Shown here: positions 63,478-64,000 of the stretch, one piece after another
How positions within the stretch are numbered: position 1 is the stretch's first letter
Layout: every line of letters begins with the position of its first letter
NCBI GenBank assembly: GCA_038276285.1
Contig: JBBPZR010000002.1
Coordinates: 87,454-151,453, forward strand
Direction of reading: 5' to 3'
DNA length: 64,000 nt
Origin: Mycobacteriales bacterium
Lineage (GTDB): Bacteria; Actinomycetota; Actinomycetes; Mycobacteriales; QHCA01
Translations under genes and position numbers: made by a program
The notes under the pieces: generated by a model
Seen by the model: the letters and a program-made list of their open reading frames with translations, nothing else
What the model was told of the DNA's origin: nothing
Database searches by the model: none

Positions 63478-64000
63478 CGCGCCGCCGGGCGCGTCCCGAC
63501 GAGCGGCTGCACCGGCCGCCGTTCCGGTTGCCGCGGCCGGCCGGCGGGATAGCCGGAGCGGTCCGCTGGCTGGTGGCCACCGGGCTGCTCGGGCTGGCCG
63601 CATTGCTGCTCGCCGCGGGCCCGCCGCCGGTCGTGGCCGGGCCGTCATCAGCGGTGCTCACCGCCGCACGCGATCTGCCCGGCGGCGTGGCACTCACCAC
63701 CGCTGACCTGCGCCTCGTGCGTCTCCCCCGCCCCCTGGTGCCGCGCGGCGCTCTCAGCCGGCCATCGGCGGCGCTCGGTCGGATCCCCGCCGGTCCGGTG
63801 CGGGCGGGTGAGGCGCTCACCGACGTACGCCTGCTCGGGCCGGCCCTGGTACGCGCGACGGGTGGCGACGGTGCGGTGGCCGCACCCGTCCGGATCGCGG
63901 ACCCGGCAGTGGTGGCGCTGCTCCGGCCGGGCGATCGGGTCGACGTGGTCGCCGCCGGCGGAGAAACGCCCGGCGCTGCGTCAGCTGCGCGGGTGGTGGC
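63474..64000 (+). CDS. SAF-domain / CpaB-like membrane-anchored protein; 3' end runs off the right edge
   Basis: Not in the ORF track because it is truncated. My manual translation from the GTG at 63474 (overlapping the mtnP stop as GTGA) reads VTRRRARPDERLHRPPFRLPRPAGGIAGAVRWLVATGLLGLAALLLAAG...VLTAARDLPGGVALTTADLRLVRLP...GRIPAGPVRAGEALTDVRLLG. This is a TM anchor followed by a SAF-like pattern. Confidence 0.6.
   Translation, partial: MTRRRARPDERLHRPPFRLPRPAGGIAGAVRWLVATGLLGLAALLLAAGPPPVVAGPSSAVLTAARDLPGGVALTTADLRLVRLPRPLVPRGALSRPSAALGRIPAGPVRAGEALTDVRLLGPALVRATGGDGAVAAPVRIADPAVVALLRPGDRVDVVAAGGETPGAASAARVV

Overview
This is a high-GC actinobacterial chromosome segment. The backbone is a run of housekeeping genes. 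From memory, their order is collinear with the Mycobacterium tuberculosis Rv1018c to Rv0990c region: glmU-prs-rplY-pth, ispE-rsmA-rpfB, tatD-metG, rsmI, pmt, then the Rv0996-like gene, rimJ-moeA-galU, MTHFS, ruc and mtnP. The left end carries a translationally coupled glycosyltransferase-cysQ-cysD-cysN operon inside an exopolysaccharide-type locus. The backbone is interrupted by accessory blocks: a desaturase/TetR pair, an ABC exporter, a TetR/MMPL pair, and a secreted S8 protease coupled to a GGDEF-EAL protein. The most interesting part is a roughly 20 kb block (about 37.86-57.56 kb) between pmt and a tRNA-Ala gene. It contains vapBC and an EACC1-caspase-subtilase-alpha/beta-hydrolase operon with no NTPase. 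Directly upstream on the same strand, and divergently, is a locus with three different heme-enzyme families (a catalase-related protein, a DyP peroxidase and a COX/alpha-dioxygenase-like fatty-acid dioxygenase) plus several unknown partner proteins. A decayed stretch and a lower-GC TPR membrane protein lie next to the tRNA. I also saw a dispersed inverted-repeat element (two clear copies and one degenerate), a 12-bp tandem array, a pair of 53-bp hairpin repeats beside an HNH endonuclease remnant, a CIRCE operator upstream of the ruc-like gene, and several in-frame coding microsatellites. Many long ORFs in the supplied track are GC-driven antisense shadows or upstream extensions of real genes, and I trimmed or rejected them. 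All calls come from reading translated motifs and the DNA by eye. No database search was run.
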